DNA of 64,000 nucleotides from an uncultured Clostridia bacterium (GTDB lineage Bacteria; Bacillota; Clostridia; Christensenellales; UBA1242): NCBI GenBank assembly GCA_947627545.1, contig CANQWK010000001.1, positions 81,554 to 145,553 of the forward strand, read 5' to 3'. Shown piece by piece: positions 60,198 to 64,000 of this stretch (position 1 is its first letter; each line of letters starts with the position of its first letter). The notes under the pieces were generated by a model. It saw only the letters and a program-made list of their open reading frames with translations, ran no database searches and was not told where the DNA came from. The position numbers and the translations under genes were made by a program.

Positions 60198-62483
60198 TTA
60201 TTTATTTTTTAAATAAGTGCGAGCAACTAGCACGGTCATATCGTCTTTAGCTGTCATGCAGTTTAATGTTAGTGCTTCGTTTAAAATGCTTTCCGCTATC
60301 GTTTGCGGATTGTTGGTTGCCAGCCGAGAAACAAATTCAATTAAATTTTCCTTTGTATCGAAAGCATCAGTAATTCCGTCTGTTACCAAAATTACAATAT
60401 CTTTTGTTGAGATTGTTGTTTTATATGTGGCAGGAGTGATATTATCTATTGCTCCAATAGGCAGCGCGCCACCTTCAACTAATTCTATGTTACTATCTCG
60501 CTTTATTAGGCCGTACGGCGAGCCAACTTTTATAAAATCCGCAAGGCTTTTATCAAGGTCAATTAAGCAGACGTCAAGCGTTGAATAATTTTCTTGATTA
60601 TTAATTGCTAGCAATTTATTTACGCTTTCTAAAATAATGTCGTTGTCAAAGCCAACTTTATAAAAATTTTCAATTAATCCAAGCGTCATCGCACTCATTT
60701 GATGTGCTGAACTTCCACTGCCCATGCCATCGCATAAGGCAAGCAAAAATTTTGTTCCGCCCAAACGAATTATGCTATGGCAATCGCCACACTCTTCATT
60801 GCCACTTTTGTTGCAACTTGCCAAACCAAAAATGCAATCATATTTGTTAAGTTTGTTAAGAGTTATTGAATTGTAATTGCCCTCTTCTAGCGGAACAATT
60901 GATGTTATTTGCATTGGTGTTCGCGTTACCTTGCTAACCACCTTTTCTATAACAGGGGTTGGATAATTATTTGCCTTAATTACAAGCACGGCAGAAATGT
61001 CATTATTTTTTTCGGTGTAAAGCAGCACTTCTCGACACTCTATGTTATTAGATAGAAGGGTCGAAATTATTTTGTTTTCCCTTGCCATATCAAAAGTTAC
61101 ATTTGTGTCAATTTCTTCGCCAACATCTAGCAACAATCGTGAAACCGCACCCATTTGGTCGGCAAGTAAAATTTTTACATTATTTACATCTGACATCATA
61201 TTTTTATATTGCCTATACTCATCGCACAAGCGGTTAATTAAATTAACCAAATTGTTAATTTTTACGCAGCGGCTAGATAGTCCACTAGGAATATCTAACA
61301 GCGAAACTTTGCCTTTTGTTAGTGCGGTTTCAATTAAAGCTTCTAAGTTTGAGCGGTTGTCTAGCCCAAGCGAGCGAGTGCATTTATTTTTATCTAAACA
61401 ATCCTTACAACAGGTGGAGGTAATTTCTCTGGTTAGCATTGCAACAAGTTCTTCTTTGCCTAGTTCTTTTTTTATCATGTTTAAATGAATTTGTTTCATA
61501 TCTAAAAACACATTACTTAATTCACTCATTCGCTTTCTAATGTTTTTTCGCGTAGAATTTATAAGATTTCTTGAACTTATTTCGTTAGATTTTACATACA
61601 CTAAATCGGACAAACTGCCAATGAATTTATTAGGCACAAGCAAAAATAAAATTCCTGCCACAAACAAAGGCAAAATTGAATATAAAATTTCCATTCCGTT
61701 AGATAGAAAAAAACATTGAATAACTGCGTCTGTTAAAAGGGTTAAAATAAAAATTTTAATTTTGTTAGGTGCAGAAAACACGCCTGAAACTAACATTAAA
61801 ATTGCAAATTCAGCAATAGGCACAAGGCTAACCTGACCAATTGCCACGCCCAACGCAAAAGAAAGCACAACTGAATAAGTTAAGCTAACGCTGTTTACAC
61901 TTATCAGCAAAAAAATAACAAACATTAAAACCAGCCTATAAGCCGCAAAATTATATATATTTATAGGTGAAATGCCTAGCCCTAGCAGTGCAATAAAAAA
62001 CAAAAAACTTATGCTTTCATCAATGGTTAATTTAAAGCAATTTTTTCTTAACAACAACACTTGCATAACGGTTATAAAAACATACAAACTTATTGCACCC
62101 AACACCACATAATAAACCAAACTTATAACATCGTTTCTATTATAATAAAAATAAGTTACAAGCGAAATTATGTATGAAAGAAAAATTGTAATAAACCCTA
62201 AGCGTTTTTTTAAAATTTTGTGTGCATAAAAAACCACCAAGCCCACTGCCACACTTGAAACTGCAACGTAAAGCGAATTTAAAGTTAAATTAACTAGCAC
62301 TGCCGAACACAAGGTAAAAACAGCAACTAATTTTTCATCTAGCCCAACAAAAATGCAGGCGAAAAAAAATGCAAAAAGAAAAGGACTTAAACCATTTACA
62401 TTTGCATTAGCAAGCACAACGCACACAAAAAATAGCGAAAGATATTTTAAAATAAATTTAACATTAATTTTTTTTGTTTTCAT
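60198..62483 (-). CDS. spoIIE: Stage II sporulation protein E (PP2C phosphatase)
   Basis: Multi-TM N-terminus; CGD, LCDGMGSG, STLD, TDG, DDMTV; adjacent to tilS. Confidence 0.85.
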   Translation of the reverse strand: MKTKKINVKFILKYLSLFFVCVVLANANVNGLSPFLFAFFFACIFVGLDEKLVAVFTLCSAVLVNLTLNSLYVAVSSVAVGLVVFYAHKILKKRLGFITIFLSYIISLVTYFYYNRNDVISLVYYVVLGAISLYVFITVMQVLLLRKNCFKLTIDESISFLFFIALLGLGISPINIYNFAAYRLVLMFVIFLLISVNSVSLTYSVVLSFALGVAIGQVSLVPIAEFAILMLVSGVFSAPNKIKIFILTLLTDAVIQCFFLSNGMEILYSILPLFVAGILFLLVPNKFIGSLSDLVYVKSNEISSRNLINSTRKNIRKRMSELSNVFLDMKQIHLNMIKKELGKEELVAMLTREITSTCCKDCLDKNKCTRSLGLDNRSNLEALIETALTKGKVSLLDIPSGLSSRCVKINNLVNLINRLCDEYRQYKNMMSDVNNVKILLADQMGAVSRLLLDVGEEIDTNVTFDMARENKIISTLLSNNIECREVLLYTEKNNDISAVLVIKANNYPTPVIEKVVSKVTRTPMQITSIVPLEEGNYNSITLNKLNKYDCIFGLASCNKSGNEECGDCHSIIRLGGTKFLLALCDGMGSGSSAHQMSAMTLGLIENFYKVGFDNDIILESVNKLLAINNQENYSTLDVCLIDLDKSLADFIKVGSPYGLIKRDSNIELVEGGALPIGAIDNITPATYKTTISTKDIVILVTDGITDAFDTKENLIEFVSRLATNNPQTIAESILNEALTLNCMTAKDDMTVLVARTYLKNK

Positions 62484-62618
62484 AACAAAAAATTTAGCAC
62501 ACAAAATTTTTAAAATAATAAAAAATTTTTAACATTTTTTAAAAAATAACCGCATTTTTACTCAATTTTTGCAATTTTTTAAAATTTTTTTACCAGTTTT
62601 CTCTTTTTGATAATTATT

Positions 62619-63131
62619 TCACTCAAATAAATTTATTATTGCTTTATGTTTAAGTTTTGCATAATTATATGCAATCATTGTTCCGCTCTTTCTAGAAACA
62701 TTTAATTTAAGCCATTTGGTTTTTTTGGGAACATAATTTATATTATAATAAAACACACATATATCACTATCGTCAATCATTTTTTTGTTTCGTCTAACAT
62801 AACCACTTTTGCCATAATAATTTAAATAAATATATTTATCATATCTTATTTTGTGAATATTAAAAATATTTTCAAAAAATTTATTATTTTCTTCTTCATT
62901 ATCTCTATACCAATCATTGCTTGGATAATAAATCAATTTTATACTTTTATATTCATTTTTTAAATTAGAAACAATATCAACGCATAAATTGTTAAAATCA
63001 CTTTTATCTCCAAACAAAAAATTAGTTATATCATAATCATTTATTAATTTTTTTATAACATGAATTAATTTATTTTTTAATTCTTCTTTTCTTTCAATTT
63101 CTTTATGCCCTATAAAACAAACCGATTTCAT
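62619..63131 (-). CDS. SLOG/DUF1273-like hypothetical protein
   Basis: VCFIGH, RNKKMIDDSDICVFY, SGTMIAYNYA. Confidence 0.65.
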   Translation of the reverse strand: MKSVCFIGHKEIERKEELKNKLIHVIKKLINDYDITNFLFGDKSDFNNLCVDIVSNLKNEYKSIKLIYYPSNDWYRDNEEENNKFFENIFNIHKIRYDKYIYLNYYGKSGYVRRNKKMIDDSDICVFYYNINYVPKKTKWLKLNVSRKSGTMIAYNYAKLKHKAIINLFE

Positions 63132-63237
63132 AAAACTATTATAACATAAATTTTAAAAAATTCAATGTATTGAAGTATTTAACTTTTTGAAATTAATAAG
63201 ATAAGCATAATTCAACACTTTGAAGTAAGGGGGAATT

Positions 63238-63477
63238 ATGAAATTAACAAATGCAATTTCTAAAAGAATTAAAGAAAGTTTAAAAGAACAAAACATAACT
63301 CAATATGAATTATTTAAAAGAACAGGTGTTCCGCAATCAACAATTAGCATGATTTTAAATAATAAAGTTAATTCAATTTTAATTAGTACAATTTACCAAC
63401 TTTGCATAGGATTAAACCTTGAACTAACAGAATTTTTTAATAAACCTTATTTAAAATTAGAAAATATTGAAGATTAA
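63238..63477 (+). CDS. XRE-family HTH regulator
   Basis: ITQYELFKRTGVPQSTISMI..LTEFF. Confidence 0.85.
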   Translation: MKLTNAISKRIKESLKEQNITQYELFKRTGVPQSTISMILNNKVNSILISTIYQLCIGLNLELTEFFNKPYLKLENIED

Positions 63478-63593
63478 TTTTTCTCTTTTTGATAAAAGAG
63501 AAACAGAAAAACAAGTTTTCTTTTTTGTATAAAAAAAGAGAGCAATTTTGCTCTCTTTTTAATTAATTTAAAATTAAATTAATGTGTGTTTAA

Positions 63594-64000
63594 TTAAATT
63601 AATTCGATAATTGCTGTTTCTGCGTTATCGCCTTTTCTTATTCCGGTTTTAATTATGCGAGTGTATCCACCTGCTGTGCCTACTTCTTTTGCGCGTGCTG
63701 CATATTTTGGTGCATATACGTTAAAGATTTTTTCTAGCAATGGGTCTTTAATGTTATCTATACGAGCAAGATAATCCGCTTTCTTTTCGCCTTTTTTGCG
63801 TTCTTCTTTAACGGTATAAAGCCTTGCTTTTATTTTTCTTCTTGCAGCAAGTTTTTTAGGACCATCGTTCATAACTTCACGGGTTGTTTTTTCACCCTTT
63901 TTGTTTACAGAATTTTTGTTAACTTTAACAACATCTTCATAGCTATTTATTGCAAGAGTTAATGTTCTTTCAACATAGCTTTTTAAAGATTTTGCTCGTG
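63594..64000 (-). CDS. rplQ: 50S ribosomal protein L17, 3' part, with internal insertions
   Basis: [16 protein letters not shown]...[18 protein letters not shown]; starts beyond the window. Confidence 0.9.
   Translation of the reverse strand, partial: RAKSLKSYVERTLTLAINSYEDVVKVNKNSVNKKGEKTTREVMNDGPKKLAARRKIKARLYTVKEERKKGEKKADYLARIDNIKDPLLEKIFNVYAPKYAARAKEVGTAGGYTRIIKTGIRKGDNAETAIIELI

Noticed and set aside
558-61488. Numerous short antisense or overlapping ORFs in the six-frame track
   Set aside because: They shadow well-supported genes on the opposite strand and lack SDs or motifs.

Overview
Very AT-rich chromosomal segment of a spore-forming, Clostridia-like Firmicute (spoIIE, tilS, rpsL-rpsG-fusA-tuf, trpS, pgk, gpmI, pyk, secG-rnr-smpB, mnmA; lineage is inferred). 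The main accessory feature is a ~19 kb stack of islands between the tmRNA gene (ssrA, 15181-15534) and smpB. (i) A 14.7 kb element is bounded by 27-bp direct repeats of the ssrA 3' end. It carries a tyrosine integrase, an XRE repressor, four tRNA-like mini-structures, a DUF6291-type replication initiator with internal iterons, two tiny coat-like membrane proteins, three membrane-anchored spike-like proteins, a Zot/pI-like ATPase and a hairpin cluster. It has no recognisable terminase, portal, capsid, tail or lysis genes, so it is a candidate tail-less, extruded or enveloped temperate virus. (ii) A DUF1848 + methyltransferase-like pair follows. (iii) A decayed sibling element now carries a Dam-family methylase coupled to an HhH-GPD glycosylase-like protein (candidate restriction-glycosylase defence system). 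Also notable: a surface protein with a Hedgehog-like Hint domain behind a G10 tract, and many host genes with a -10 box 6 nt before the start codon (apparent leaderless expression). All calls come from reading motifs by eye; no database searches were run.
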